A model generated the notes under the pieces. The model saw only the letters and a program-made list of their open reading frames with translations, was not told the origin of the DNA and searched no databases. A stretch of DNA of 64,000 bases from Oligoflexales bacterium (GTDB taxonomy: Bacteria; Bdellovibrionota_B; Oligoflexia; Oligoflexales; RGVZ01), in the NCBI GenBank assembly GCA_947494335.1, contig CANLUT010000001.1, positions 921,649 through 985,648 of the forward strand. The letters run 5' to 3'. Within the stretch, counting starts at the first letter, position 1, and every line of letters starts with the position of its first letter. Shown here one piece after another: positions 1 through 9,558 of this stretch. Position numbers and translations under genes: made by a program.

Positions 1-1893
1 CAAGGCGGGTGCGTCGTTAACCCCGTCTCCAGTCATGGCAACGAACTCTCCGGCAGCCTGCAAGGCGGTGACGATTTGTATTTTATCCTCCGGTGCAACT
101 CTGGCGTAAATTCGGATGTTTTTGACAATTTTCTGCAAATCAAGATCAGATAATCCGCGTAGTTGTTTGCCAGTTAGGAGGAGCGTGTTGAGTGACTCAT
201 CTGTTTGATTGCTTGCAATGAGGCCGATCTTTTTTGCTATTGAAACTGCCGTGATGGGGTGATCTCCAGTGATCATCACAACTTGTATGCTTGCGGTGTG
301 ACAGGCCTCAATAGATTCCTTAACTTGGGCTCGCGGTGAATCTTCCAGTCCAATAAGGCCAAGAAAAGTTAGTTCGGTTTCATCATTTGGATCTATGGTT
401 GCCTTGTCTGCCGGTAGGTTTTCTTTGATAGCGCAAGCAATAACCCGTTTCCCTTGCGATGCAAGATCGCTAGCAAGCTTAAGTGCTTGCGGTTGGTCTA
501 TTGGCTGCCTTTGCTCACCTGTCAGTTGATCAACACATCGATTAATTATGACCTCGGGGGCGCCCTTCAAAAACAATTTTGTACCAGTGTCGTTTGCGTG
601 CAAGGTCGACATCATCATTCGCTCAGATGAGAAAGGTATTTCCGCCTTTCTAGCAAATTTCTCAATTAGTTTTACTCGTTCAACACCCAGAGCGGATGCT
701 CCCTCGAGTAAGGCCACTTCCAAGGGGTCTCCTGATGAGGGTGTGCCGTCCTCAACGGCCGCATCATTATTCAAGGCGATAACTTGTAGCAGTGTTTCAA
801 ATCGAGCAGGGTTTTTCTTTACATCTTCAATTGAGCTAGAAGAATGCTCGACTGCGATTGATGTCAGCCGAAGTTTATTTTCAGTTAGGGTGCCAGTTTT
901 ATCAGTGCAGATGAATGTTACGGATCCCAGAGTCTCAACTGCATGGAGCTTTCTTGTTAGTGCTTGATGCTTCGCCATGGATTTGGCACCCAAAGACAAC
1001 AATACGGTTGTGACTGCCGGCAATGCCTCGGGGATGGCTGCTACTGCTAAGCTCAATGAGATCATAAAAATCGAAAGTGGATTGGCCCCTCTAATTAGGC
1101 CTGAAATAAATATAATTATGCATAGTCCGACGACTGCTAAGGCTAATTTTTGACTGAATTTTGCAAGACGGGCTTGTAGTGGAGTGGGGCGTGTGTTTTG
1201 GTTGTTAAGGAGGCCAGCAATCCTGCCAACTTCGGTGCTCATACCTGTCGAAAATACGAGCCCAGTGCCCCGTCCTCGTGTGACAGTTGTTCCGTTGAAA
1301 GCAATATTTGACATCTGCGAGACATCGGAGGACTGATCAAAGTGAGTGTTGTGGCTTTTCCTATTAGGAAACGATTCTCCAGTCAGCATAGATTCATCAA
1401 TTTCAAGGTCAACGATATCGAGTAAGCGAACATCAGCTGGTATCTTGTCACCGGCTTGAAACGAAACGATATCTCCTGGTACCAAATCCTCGGCGGGGAC
1501 GGTTATCCATGTGCCGTCGCGCAGAACCCTCGACTGGACGATAGTTAGTTTTCGCAGGGCTGCCATAGCGCGTTCGGCTCGGTATTCCTGTGAAAAACCT
1601 AGCCCACCATTGATGGCGATAATTGCAAGGATGACGAGAGAGTCCTCCATCTCTCCAATAACGCCGGAGATGGTTGCGGCAATTAATAGCACGATAATTG
1701 GCAACGTGCTGAACTGATGGAGTAAAATCCTGTAAATGCTTGGTTTCCCAAAGTCGGTGAGGCAATTGATCCCATGTGCCTTACGAAGCTCAGTGACCTC
1801 AGACAAGAGCAAGCCTCTATCTGGCCTGGTATTCAAGGACTTAAATGCCTCTTCAATTGAAAGTTGGCAGAATTGTTGAGCGTTAAAGGGCAT
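1..1893 (-). CDS. P-type cation-transporting ATPase (type II, Ca2+/Mg2+-ATPase-like), C-terminus beyond the left window edge
   Basis: Absent from the ORF track because it has no stop in the window. My minus-strand translation from the ATG at 1893-1891 gives MPFNAQQFCQLSIEEAFKSLNT... with LTGES, the ICTDKTGTLTEN phosphorylation motif (near nt 880-915) and MITGDH. It ends with TGDGVNDAPAL exactly at nt 1, and 1893 nt is 631 in-frame codons. Confidence 0.9.
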   Translation of the reverse strand, partial: MPFNAQQFCQLSIEEAFKSLNTRPDRGLLLSEVTELRKAHGINCLTDFGKPSIYRILLHQFSTLPIIVLLIAATISGVIGEMEDSLVILAIIAINGGLGFSQEYRAERAMAALRKLTIVQSRVLRDGTWITVPAEDLVPGDIVSFQAGDKIPADVRLLDIVDLEIDESMLTGESFPNRKSHNTHFDQSSDVSQMSNIAFNGTTVTRGRGTGLVFSTGMSTEVGRIAGLLNNQNTRPTPLQARLAKFSQKLALAVVGLCIIIFISGLIRGANPLSIFMISLSLAVAAIPEALPAVTTVLLSLGAKSMAKHQALTRKLHAVETLGSVTFICTDKTGTLTENKLRLTSIAVEHSSSSIEDVKKNPARFETLLQVIALNNDAAVEDGTPSSGDPLEVALLEGASALGVERVKLIEKFARKAEIPFSSERMMMSTLHANDTGTKLFLKGAPEVIINRCVDQLTGEQRQPIDQPQALKLASDLASQGKRVIACAIKENLPADKATIDPNDETELTFLGLIGLEDSPRAQVKESIEACHTASIQVVMITGDHPITAVSIAKKIGLIASNQTDESLNTLLLTGKQLRGLSDLDLQKIVKNIRIYARVAPEDKIQIVTALQAAGEFVAMTGDGVNDAPAL

Positions 1894-2077
1894 GGGGTTC
1901 AAATAGGCTTAAGGGAGGCATGAATCCGCGAAATCGCCGGACTCTATCACCTAACAAACGCTATGTCCCTAAGGCTTTTCGTCTGCATAGGGCGGAGGGT
2001 TGTTTTTGCCCATCTTTTGGCGATGGGTTCCGGGGGTATAATATGGGAGGTGGTAATTGTCTGATCAGGGAGGGGTT

Positions 2078-2926
2078 ATGCGTTGTTTGCTTGGTGCAGT
2101 CATTGGGCTTTCATTAGTCGTAGGCTGTAAAACGTCGACTGATGGGTCTAATTTAACCGAAACACCTGATCCAAATATTGAAGCAAATCAGGCTGCCCGT
2201 ATAAAACAGACTGTATCCGAAGCTACTAATGCTCTGAACGGCGTATTAAAAGTTTTGGGCCCTAACAATTTACCAGTTATTTCCCCGGAGGCTCTTACTC
2301 AGACGAGATGCGTTATATCAATGCAGGTTGATCGTGGTGCAATTTTGATTGGTGGAAGCGGTGGCGAGGGCCTCATGTCTTGCCGTTTACAAGCTGGTGG
2401 TTGGAGTGCCCCTTCGTTTTTGAAAACAGGTGGTTTTGATTTGGGAGCATCCATTGGTTTTGAGAGGATGCAGTCAGTTATTTTTGTTTCAGACGAAAGA
2501 TTGGCCAAGGCTTGGCAATCGGATGGTTCGTTTGAAGTCGGCACTTACATGAAGGCTATTGCCGGGGATGCATCCGCAGCAATCCAGTCGATGAGCCAAA
2601 ATGGAATGGCAGTCGTTCAAGTTGCAAATGGTGGGCTCTACGCCGGTGTAGGAGTGAGGTTTTCCTCTTTGGCGCATGCTCAGGAGACCAGAAATCAACC
2701 CGTTTACGGAGAAGTTCTTGGCAGCGGGGTTCCTGCTGATGCAGGTGGACGTCTTTGTTCAACCTATTTGTTGCCAGGACGGCGTAACGGATGTATCGCA
2801 GATTGGGAACGACGTTCAGGCAAAAAACTTCGTCCAGTTCTATCCTCAATGATTTTCGAGCTTTCTGCTGATACAGCTCCCATGCTGACTAAGCCATTTA
2901 ACGATATTTTGCGTCAAGTCCCTTAA
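2078..2926 (+). CDS. Lipoprotein with SYLF/Ysc84-like (DUF500) lipid-binding domain
   Basis: An ATG at 2078 is preceded by GGGAGGGG. The lipobox is LSLVVGC. The core GGSGGEG...GGWSAPSF...GGFDLGASIGF...GLYAGVGV...NQPVYG fits the SYLF pattern as I recall it. Confidence 0.6.
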   Translation: MRCLLGAVIGLSLVVGCKTSTDGSNLTETPDPNIEANQAARIKQTVSEATNALNGVLKVLGPNNLPVISPEALTQTRCVISMQVDRGAILIGGSGGEGLMSCRLQAGGWSAPSFLKTGGFDLGASIGFERMQSVIFVSDERLAKAWQSDGSFEVGTYMKAIAGDASAAIQSMSQNGMAVVQVANGGLYAGVGVRFSSLAHAQETRNQPVYGEVLGSGVPADAGGRLCSTYLLPGRRNGCIADWERRSGKKLRPVLSSMIFELSADTAPMLTKPFNDILRQVP

Positions 2927-2957
2927 GTCATTGGAATAGGTTAGGAGACACTGCGTC

Positions 2958-3677
2958 GTGATGAATTATGCTTTGATCATTTTAATTGGCCTATCGGCTA
3001 GCGCTGCGTTAGCTGATGATAAAGTTTCAGGTATTTCTGCAACGGGAACTTGTGTTCGAAAAATTAGCGTGGACCGCGCCTCGATATCTCTCGCAACCAC
3101 GTCGCTACAGCCAAGTCCGGGCCGGGCTATGCAGGAAGCAACTCGTGAGCATGAAAAGTTACGCGCAGCTTTAAAAAACTTGAATTTGCCAGGCGCGGCT
3201 TTTGAGACAGATAACGTGCGGGTTCGAGAGGATCGAGAGTGGGTTGGAAAAAAAATGGTTTCTCGTGGGTACTTGGCCCGTATCGGAATATCCGTTGAAA
3301 CGTCTGATATCGCAAAAATTGGAGACGTGATTGCCGTTGCTGGTAAACATAGCGTCAAAGATATTGGGGATTTGACGACCTTTGTTTCAAAGGAGAAATA
3401 CAAGGCTGAATACGAGGAATGCCTGGAAAGCGCAGCTCGTAACGCTAAAGATAAAGCTCAGAAATTGGCTAAGGGTGCGGGAGTTAAAATTGGAAAAGTC
3501 ATCGATATTACCGAGGGTCGGAGTGGCCAATCGTATGATATGGGTGTGCGATTTAAGGGGGTAAAAGCCCTCGGAGCGGGTTTTGAGGAAGCTGCCGCTG
3601 CAGAGCCATCGCCAACGATTGAAGCAAAGCAAACGGAGATTAATGTTTCTGCTACGGTGTTATACAAGGTCGACTAA
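2958..3677 (+). CDS. SIMPL/DUF541 periplasmic protein
   Basis: It has a signal peptide (LIGLSASAALA). The length and the ...ISATGTC...VDRASISL...ARNAKDKAQKLAKGAGVKIGKVIDITEG... layout are typical of SIMPL-domain (26-kDa periplasmic immunogenic protein-like) proteins. Confidence 0.7.
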   Translation: MMNYALIILIGLSASAALADDKVSGISATGTCVRKISVDRASISLATTSLQPSPGRAMQEATREHEKLRAALKNLNLPGAAFETDNVRVREDREWVGKKMVSRGYLARIGISVETSDIAKIGDVIAVAGKHSVKDIGDLTTFVSKEKYKAEYEECLESAARNAKDKAQKLAKGAGVKIGKVIDITEGRSGQSYDMGVRFKGVKALGAGFEEAAAAEPSPTIEAKQTEINVSATVLYKVD

Positions 3678-3695
3678 AGCCCGGGGTCCATCTGC

Positions 3696-4661
3696 ATGAT
3701 AAAGATTTCTGCATTGTCGCAAAAAATTCAAGGCGTGAGACAGGAAGAGCTTGCGCCGGAATTGAGGCGTTTCCTGGATGCGGCCTCGCGAGTTCTAGTT
3801 GAGAAGGAATCATCGCTGCGATTGTCTTGGTGCTGCATCATGGCAGGCGGACATCTGCTCATTGAAGATGTTCCAGGTGTTGGTAAAACGACAATGGTAA
3901 AATTGATCGCAAAACTACTTAATCTGCCCTGGAAGAGAATTCAATGTACGAGCGATATTCTTCCTGCGGACATCACCGGTGGAAGTGTTTTTGATCAAAA
4001 GAGCGGTGAGTTTTCCTTCATCAAAGGGCCGATTTTCGCTAATTTGGTGATGGCAGACGAGTTAAATCGTGCGTCACCAAAGTCTCAGAGCGCATTCCTT
4101 CAGGCTATGGAGGAAGGGGCTGTGACCGTCGACGGGACTATGCATGCACTTCCCTCTCCGTTTATCGTCGTAGCCACGCAAAACCCAATGGATAGTGCAG
4201 GTACCAACCCACTTCCAGAATCACAGTTGGACCGGTTTATGATGGCTATTAGTTTAGGTTTCCCGGCTAGATCCGGTGAGCGTAAGCTGCTTACCGAGCC
4301 GTCGCGAGCCGATTTAATTGAAGCCACATCACCGCTATTTGATCTCGCAGAGTTGTCAAAACTTCGAATGCAGATAAATTCGATTTACGTTGGCGATGCC
4401 GTTGCAGACTACATTTTAAATTTAGCTGAGTGGATTCGTGCTCGAGCGGAGGGGTGTAGTCCTCGCTCTCTCCTTGCTCTGACAGCCTGTGCCAAAGCAT
4501 GGTCTTTTGGTTGTCAGCGGGACTTCATTCAGCCGTCAGACGTGCAGGCGGTAGCGCCCTTCGTGTTAGGCCATCGTTTAACCCCAAAAAATGTCGGCCT
4601 GTCAGAATCTGGTTCTGATATCGTTGCAGCGGCACTTCGGTCAGTTCAGGTGGACTCTTAA
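3696..4661 (+). CDS. MoxR-family AAA+ ATPase
   Basis: Walker A is GVPGVGKT and Walker B is VMADELNRA. ATQNP and the C-terminal lid region are typical of MoxR/RavA-like ATPases. Confidence 0.9.
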   Translation: MIKISALSQKIQGVRQEELAPELRRFLDAASRVLVEKESSLRLSWCCIMAGGHLLIEDVPGVGKTTMVKLIAKLLNLPWKRIQCTSDILPADITGGSVFDQKSGEFSFIKGPIFANLVMADELNRASPKSQSAFLQAMEEGAVTVDGTMHALPSPFIVVATQNPMDSAGTNPLPESQLDRFMMAISLGFPARSGERKLLTEPSRADLIEATSPLFDLAELSKLRMQINSIYVGDAVADYILNLAEWIRARAEGCSPRSLLALTACAKAWSFGCQRDFIQPSDVQAVAPFVLGHRLTPKNVGLSESGSDIVAAALRSVQVDS

Positions 4662-5759
4662 ATGAAGGCGCCAGTGCTGCTCAAGTCACTTGTGAATCGG
4701 ACAAGATTCTTTCTTAGCTATTTTCGTAGATCCAATCAGGTGCGGATATATATCGTTCCGACGTGGTTTTGTTTTGCCTTTAATTCCCTGGTGATCTTGA
4801 CCGTGGTGATCGGTGTCTCGCTACAGCTTTATTCTGTTTTGGCTGCGTGCCTGCTCATCGTCTTTGTCGAATTGTTGTCAATGATTGAGGCTCACGTGAA
4901 TCTACGTGATCTGAATATTTTGAAGGCTGAGGTGCAGTCAGCGCAAGCGTGTGCGCCGACAAGTATGACGATCATCTTAGAATCTAGTAGTCAGACGCTT
5001 GGCGTTAGTTTTAGGTGCGTGAGTCAGGAAGATGTGTTTCACACAAGAAAAATGTCTCTCTTACCTCGTCATTTAGGTGCTTATGCGAAAGAGGAGATCC
5101 TAAATGCTTTTCTTAGCTTTAGGGATAGGTACCGTAAGACAAAAGTCGAGGAGGCGAACATATCGGCCGCTGGCAAGAACATGGATCTTAGCTTTGAGGC
5201 GGGGAAAAGATCGATACATCGTTTGCCTAAAGTGATCGCCAGCTCTTTATTCCCGTTTGGTATGTTTCGAGTCTGGAGGGAGTTTTCTTTTGTTGGTCTA
5301 TACGCTGCTTTTCCAATTCCATCGGGCGTCAGTCGAATAAACAAGGTCGGATCTGCGACGATTGACAACGATTTGCCAGAAAATTTGACAAAGTTGAGCT
5401 CGCAATCTGAATTGGACTACTCGCATCATCGTGAGTATCTGCCAGGGGATCATTTATCCCGTATTGATTGGCGAGCCTCCTCCAAATCATCTAAAGCGCA
5501 GGTTCGAGTATACTCAGGTCAATCGGGTGATTCGAATACGGTTTTAAAATGGTCAGATACGAGTGGCAATAATGGGGAAGCTAGACTTTCTCAGCTAGCT
5601 CTTTGGCTCTATGAGGCGTTTGAAGAAAAACAAGCTTTTTCTCTAGAGATGCCTGGGCTAGAGGTTCCATCAGGCGTAGGTGAAAGGCATTTGAAACGAT
5701 GTCTAACTGTATTGGCTGATTTTGACTTAGACCGTGGCCTTCCTGGAGGTCAATTGTGA
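4662..5759 (+). CDS. DUF58 domain protein (MoxR partner)
   Basis: It starts immediately after the MoxR stop (TAAATG). It has two N-terminal TM helices and the DUF58 signature REYLPGDHLSRIDWRASSK. Confidence 0.8.
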   Translation: MKAPVLLKSLVNRTRFFLSYFRRSNQVRIYIVPTWFCFAFNSLVILTVVIGVSLQLYSVLAACLLIVFVELLSMIEAHVNLRDLNILKAEVQSAQACAPTSMTIILESSSQTLGVSFRCVSQEDVFHTRKMSLLPRHLGAYAKEEILNAFLSFRDRYRKTKVEEANISAAGKNMDLSFEAGKRSIHRLPKVIASSLFPFGMFRVWREFSFVGLYAAFPIPSGVSRINKVGSATIDNDLPENLTKLSSQSELDYSHHREYLPGDHLSRIDWRASSKSSKAQVRVYSGQSGDSNTVLKWSDTSGNNGEARLSQLALWLYEAFEEKQAFSLEMPGLEVPSGVGERHLKRCLTVLADFDLDRGLPGGQL

Positions 5760-7741
5760 AGGGGCGATTTAAAACGGTAAACATCGACTCGTTAGCATCA
5801 ACCTTGATGATGCTCTTAGCGTTGGTTTTTGTTGACCGATTACGCTATTCGCCAATGTTTTTAGTGCCTGCGTCCATGCTGGCGGTTGGTTTTTATCTTG
5901 CGTACTCGACTCGCAAAGGTTTCATCATACGGCTGCCATGGAGAATGTTAATAACAGTCGTTGGTTTATGGCTAGCTTGGGTTTGCGGTGTTTTTAAGCA
6001 GAGCCGAGCCTCGGCGCTTGTGTTTTTCTATTTATTGGTATTATTTTTTTCTACGGCTCCGGACCGCTGGGGGCAGTGCTTGCGAATCCTCTGTGGTTTG
6101 TTTGCTGGCATGGTGCTTGTAGGATTTCTTCCTCCGGTTTGGGGTCTTCCGCTTTCACTTTTGATCATTATGCTCGCAATATCGTCATTGATTAGCGCAT
6201 GGTCCGGGATGAGGCTTGTCCCATCCCTTGTATGGTTTTCGAAAAGGTCTATACGTAAGGAGACGATCTTTCTGATCGTCTTTCTTGCTGGTATTACCGC
6301 TATTGGTTTGCGACAAGCGCAAGAGTATGCGAGTCGCCAAAGTGGTCTATCAGGACTCTCCCGATTTATAACACCCGGCAGTATGCAACATCTTCGTCTT
6401 TCCTCTGCCTTGGCAATGCGTATTCAGTTCCCCACTAAACCGGCTCTTTCCCAGTCTGAACTGTATCTGCGCGGTGAAGTCATGGATCAAGTCAAGGGAT
6501 TCAATTGGAATCCCGGGCCAAGTCGTTTGGTGAAGGGTCGTGAACCTTTGGTTTCGGACCTGGTCTACGATGTTTCCTTAAATGCGCGCTATTCAGATTT
6601 TGTACCGCTCCTTGAGTATGGTGTTGCCGCCGAAACTGGGGTGAGCAACAAACAAAGATTTAGCGTACGAGATAATGGAGTTTTCCAGGCGATGAGCCAT
6701 GAGAATGGTTGGGCTTACTTTAGAGCTTATAGTCGCTTAACACCTGTTGATTCCTTGGCAGATGAGGATATCCCCCGACTCCTTCAGGTGTCAGAGCGTA
6801 TTGATCCAAGGGTTGCTCGATTGGCAAAAGATTTGGCTCATGAAGGTGACGTTGATTATTTTGTCTCAGAGATAGCAAAATTTTTCAAACGGGAAGGTTT
6901 CGAATACACCTTGCAGCCTCGTTATTCAGGACCAGACGTTGCAGATTTTCTTTTCAATTCGAAACAGGGATACTGTGAACACTATGCTGCGGCAAGCGCT
7001 CTTCTTGCGAGGCATGGTGGTATTCCATCGCGAGTTATCGCAGGGTTTTTAGGTGGTCAGTGGGACTCATCGGGAGCTACACTGTATGTTCGTGATTTTG
7101 ACGCGCATGCGTGGGTCGAGCTTTGGGATAAGTCGCGTGGGGTGTGGAGGCGAGTCGATCCAGTGTCGTTTGTCGCGCCAGCCAGGGTTCAGGAGGGTGC
7201 CGAGATGTATCTGAGGTCTCAGGGTGTTCGCATTCCAGACTTCGGTTCAATTAAAAGTAGTATTTTATTTGCGAACATTTTAATGGGGCTTGACCAGTTG
7301 CTCGCATTTTTAGGAGGCCAATCAATCGTTACCGCAGGCGGCGTAATGATTGACTATGGAGAGGAGCTTTCTTTACTAGGCGCTACTGGACTTCTGTTTT
7401 CCTATTTGACTCTGCGAATCAGGCGCTATCGACGTGAGCGTCAAACCGCCGAACTGATGATGCTACGAAACTTGAATGATGCGTTGAGCGTGATAGATCA
7501 AGCAAGGGGTTCAGGGGAGGCCGTTGATTTGTGGCTTAGACGGGTCGCCGCTAGGTTCCATTTGTTGGAGAAATCTGCAAAAAAGTTTTCAGATTCCTAC
7601 GGACGTTATCGTTATAGTCGTAATCGTTCTGCGCAAGAGCTGCTCGTGATGGAAAAGGCGATCGGTGAAATGAGGGGATTGATACGTCTACTCCAAAGAG
7701 ATCCCACCTTTAGTGTTAATAGGTACGGAGCAGAATATTGA
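5756..7741 (+). CDS. Transglutaminase-like membrane protein (DUF3488-like N-terminus plus TGase core)
   Basis: A GTGA overlap joins it to the upstream gene. The N-terminus is polytopic. The TGase Cys-His-Asp core is GYCEHYAAASALL...DAHAWVELW...WRRVDP. Confidence 0.85.
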   Translation: MKGRFKTVNIDSLASTLMMLLALVFVDRLRYSPMFLVPASMLAVGFYLAYSTRKGFIIRLPWRMLITVVGLWLAWVCGVFKQSRASALVFFYLLVLFFSTAPDRWGQCLRILCGLFAGMVLVGFLPPVWGLPLSLLIIMLAISSLISAWSGMRLVPSLVWFSKRSIRKETIFLIVFLAGITAIGLRQAQEYASRQSGLSGLSRFITPGSMQHLRLSSALAMRIQFPTKPALSQSELYLRGEVMDQVKGFNWNPGPSRLVKGREPLVSDLVYDVSLNARYSDFVPLLEYGVAAETGVSNKQRFSVRDNGVFQAMSHENGWAYFRAYSRLTPVDSLADEDIPRLLQVSERIDPRVARLAKDLAHEGDVDYFVSEIAKFFKREGFEYTLQPRYSGPDVADFLFNSKQGYCEHYAAASALLARHGGIPSRVIAGFLGGQWDSSGATLYVRDFDAHAWVELWDKSRGVWRRVDPVSFVAPARVQEGAEMYLRSQGVRIPDFGSIKSSILFANILMGLDQLLAFLGGQSIVTAGGVMIDYGEELSLLGATGLLFSYLTLRIRRYRRERQTAELMMLRNLNDALSVIDQARGSGEAVDLWLRRVAARFHLLEKSAKKFSDSYGRYRYSRNRSAQELLVMEKAIGEMRGLIRLLQRDPTFSVNRYGAEY

Positions 7742-8796
7742 TGAGTGAGAGCATGACAGTAGATGTACTAATTATAGGCGCTGGAATTTGCGGAGTTACG
7801 ATCGCTAGCGGATTGGAACAGGTAATACCTGGTCAGTGGGTTTTAATGGATAAGGGGCGAAGTGTTGGCGGGCGGTTAGCGACGAGGCGCATTGGCATGC
7901 AGACGTTCGACCATGGAGCCCAGTTTTTCACTGTGCGCAGCCATCAATTTACGGGTCTTTTGAGGGAGTTATTATCTGCAAACGTTGTCAAAGAATGGTG
8001 TCGCGGATTTCAATCGGCGGATCTTTCCGGACCATCTGATGGCTATCCACGATATGCAGCCATAGGTGGTATGAACAAACTCGTGAAATTTATGGCAAGG
8101 GATTTGCCGGAGCAACAGGTTATTTGTGGACGACGCGTAGTTAGGCTTGAAGACATCGGGTCTGCCCTTCGGGCTTTTGATCAGGACGGGGGATTTATCG
8201 ATGCTCGTTATGTGGTTTTGACTGCTCCTGTGCCCCAATCGTTAGATATTGCACGTGACGTACTTCTGACTGCGTCGTGTGACGACGTTGTAGCATCGCT
8301 TTCCTCGGTTCACTATGAGCCTTGTTTGGCTGTCTTAGGAACGTTTGAAACGGAGTATCTGCCGAATTTTAATACTCCTGTTCAATGCGCTAGTGGACCC
8401 TTAGCGTTTGTGAGTGATAACGGGCTTAAAGGGGTTTCTAGCTCTGCAGGCGCGCTGACCATCCATCTGTCTCACGATTTAAGTCGCACTTATTTCGGCC
8501 AGTCAGATGCAGATGTTTTTACAGCAACGTTAAAGGCTCTCGACGAGGTGTTTCCGGTATACAAGTTTCGTCCGGTAGGAGATCTTGCAGTGCAGCGCTG
8601 GCGGTATGCGACACCTAAGACCGTGTTTAACTCAGCGTTTCTTGAAGTTCCTATTGGTAAGAAATCTGAAAGCCGTCCGTCAAGGTTGTTTTTTGCGGGG
8701 GAAGCTTTTGGTGGACCTAAGATTGAGGGTGCATTTCTTTCCGGACTGGCAGTTCGAGACCGTATTTCAGAATTTGGTCTCGCTCTCGAAGAGTGA
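7741..8796 (+). CDS. NAD(P)/FAD-dependent oxidoreductase (renalase/COG3380-like)
   Basis: The ATG at 7741 overlaps the upstream TGA by 1 nt. There is an N-terminal dinucleotide fold VLIIGAGICGVTIASGL and a C-terminal FFAGEAF. Confidence 0.75.
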   Translation: MSESMTVDVLIIGAGICGVTIASGLEQVIPGQWVLMDKGRSVGGRLATRRIGMQTFDHGAQFFTVRSHQFTGLLRELLSANVVKEWCRGFQSADLSGPSDGYPRYAAIGGMNKLVKFMARDLPEQQVICGRRVVRLEDIGSALRAFDQDGGFIDARYVVLTAPVPQSLDIARDVLLTASCDDVVASLSSVHYEPCLAVLGTFETEYLPNFNTPVQCASGPLAFVSDNGLKGVSSSAGALTIHLSHDLSRTYFGQSDADVFTATLKALDEVFPVYKFRPVGDLAVQRWRYATPKTVFNSAFLEVPIGKKSESRPSRLFFAGEAFGGPKIEGAFLSGLAVRDRISEFGLALEE

Positions 8797-8832
8797 GAGC
8801 AGATTGGACTCGAGATGAACTGTTTTTTTTGA

Positions 8833-9294
8833 TTAACGCTGTATTGCAGGTCCGCAGCAGAAAAACTCTTGGGAAAATGAAATTTGGCAACTGGGAGTAT
8901 AGGCGCTGCATTCGCAAGGCGTGGACTCTTGGCGAGAGGCTTCCTGGAATGTATAATTGTCACCACCAAGTTCGCATTCCATTTTCGCTCTCTGTTTGCG
9001 ATCATCGAATTCACTAAGTGCCTCTGTGCGTGCTAACGCACAGAGCATGGCGTCGCCAGCTCCATGCACAACGATTGTTGAATAGAGTGGGGACGTGCCT
9101 CCGGGACAGCGAAGGCCATTTGCGAGGTTCAAGCCCAGCCCCGAGTTATCAAAGTTTGAGTGATTAAAAATAGAATTTGTCTTGAACTGCTGATGCTGAT
9201 TTTGTGCTTCGATGGCAAGTAATGACGTGGTTCGTGCGAAAAGCAGGCTGAAGGAGATCATGATGAATTTCAATCTGAGTGCTTCTGATGTCAT
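8833..9294 (-). CDS. Hypothetical small secreted Cys-rich protein
   Basis: The ORF has a hydrophobic N-terminus (MISFSLLFARTTSLLA) and no recognisable domain. It is convergent with the oxidoreductase gene. Confidence 0.35.
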   Translation of the reverse strand: MTSEALRLKFIMISFSLLFARTTSLLAIEAQNQHQQFKTNSIFNHSNFDNSGLGLNLANGLRCPGGTSPLYSTIVVHGAGDAMLCALARTEALSEFDDRKQRAKMECELGGDNYTFQEASRQESTPCECSAYTPSCQISFSQEFFCCGPAIQR

Positions 9295-9514
9295 GCTTTA
9301 TCAAGGCTTTTCAGCCCCCTCCTCAGACCCGTTAGCGGCATTTTTTGGCTGAAACTGAAGAAAAAAAAGTGCAAAGCCCCGAGATGCAGGATAAATCACG
9401 ATAATTACGGCAGTTTGTCTTTAAGTTAATGGGGTTGTTCAATCTTCTTCGGCTGTTGAAGAGCCTAGGCGAGTCGGTTGGCTAAAAATGGGATTTTTGC
9501 TGAAATAACTTAAA

Positions 9515-9546
9515 CCCCCCGGCGCCTAGAAGCGGCGACCGGGGGG
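9515..9546. terminator. GC-rich hairpin terminator downstream of the 9559-10827 gene
   Basis: CCCCCCGG...CCGGGGGG forms an 8-bp G/C stem. It is flanked by T-rich tracts on both strands and lies 13 nt past the minus-strand stop. Confidence 0.6.
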
Positions 9547-9558
9547 CCAAATTTTTGC

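Noticed and set aside
548-1765. Track ORFs 548-967(+), 1448-1765(-) and 1511-1717(+)
   Set aside because: All lie inside or antisense to the long minus-strand P-type ATPase frame (1-1893). That frame has unmistakable motifs (DKTGT, TGDGVNDAPAL), whereas these ORFs have no protein-like features.
8490-9014. A 174-aa minus-strand ORF
   Set aside because: It overlaps the 3' end of the well-supported oxidoreductase gene on the opposite strand. It is also out of frame with the better signal-peptide ORF at 8833-9294.
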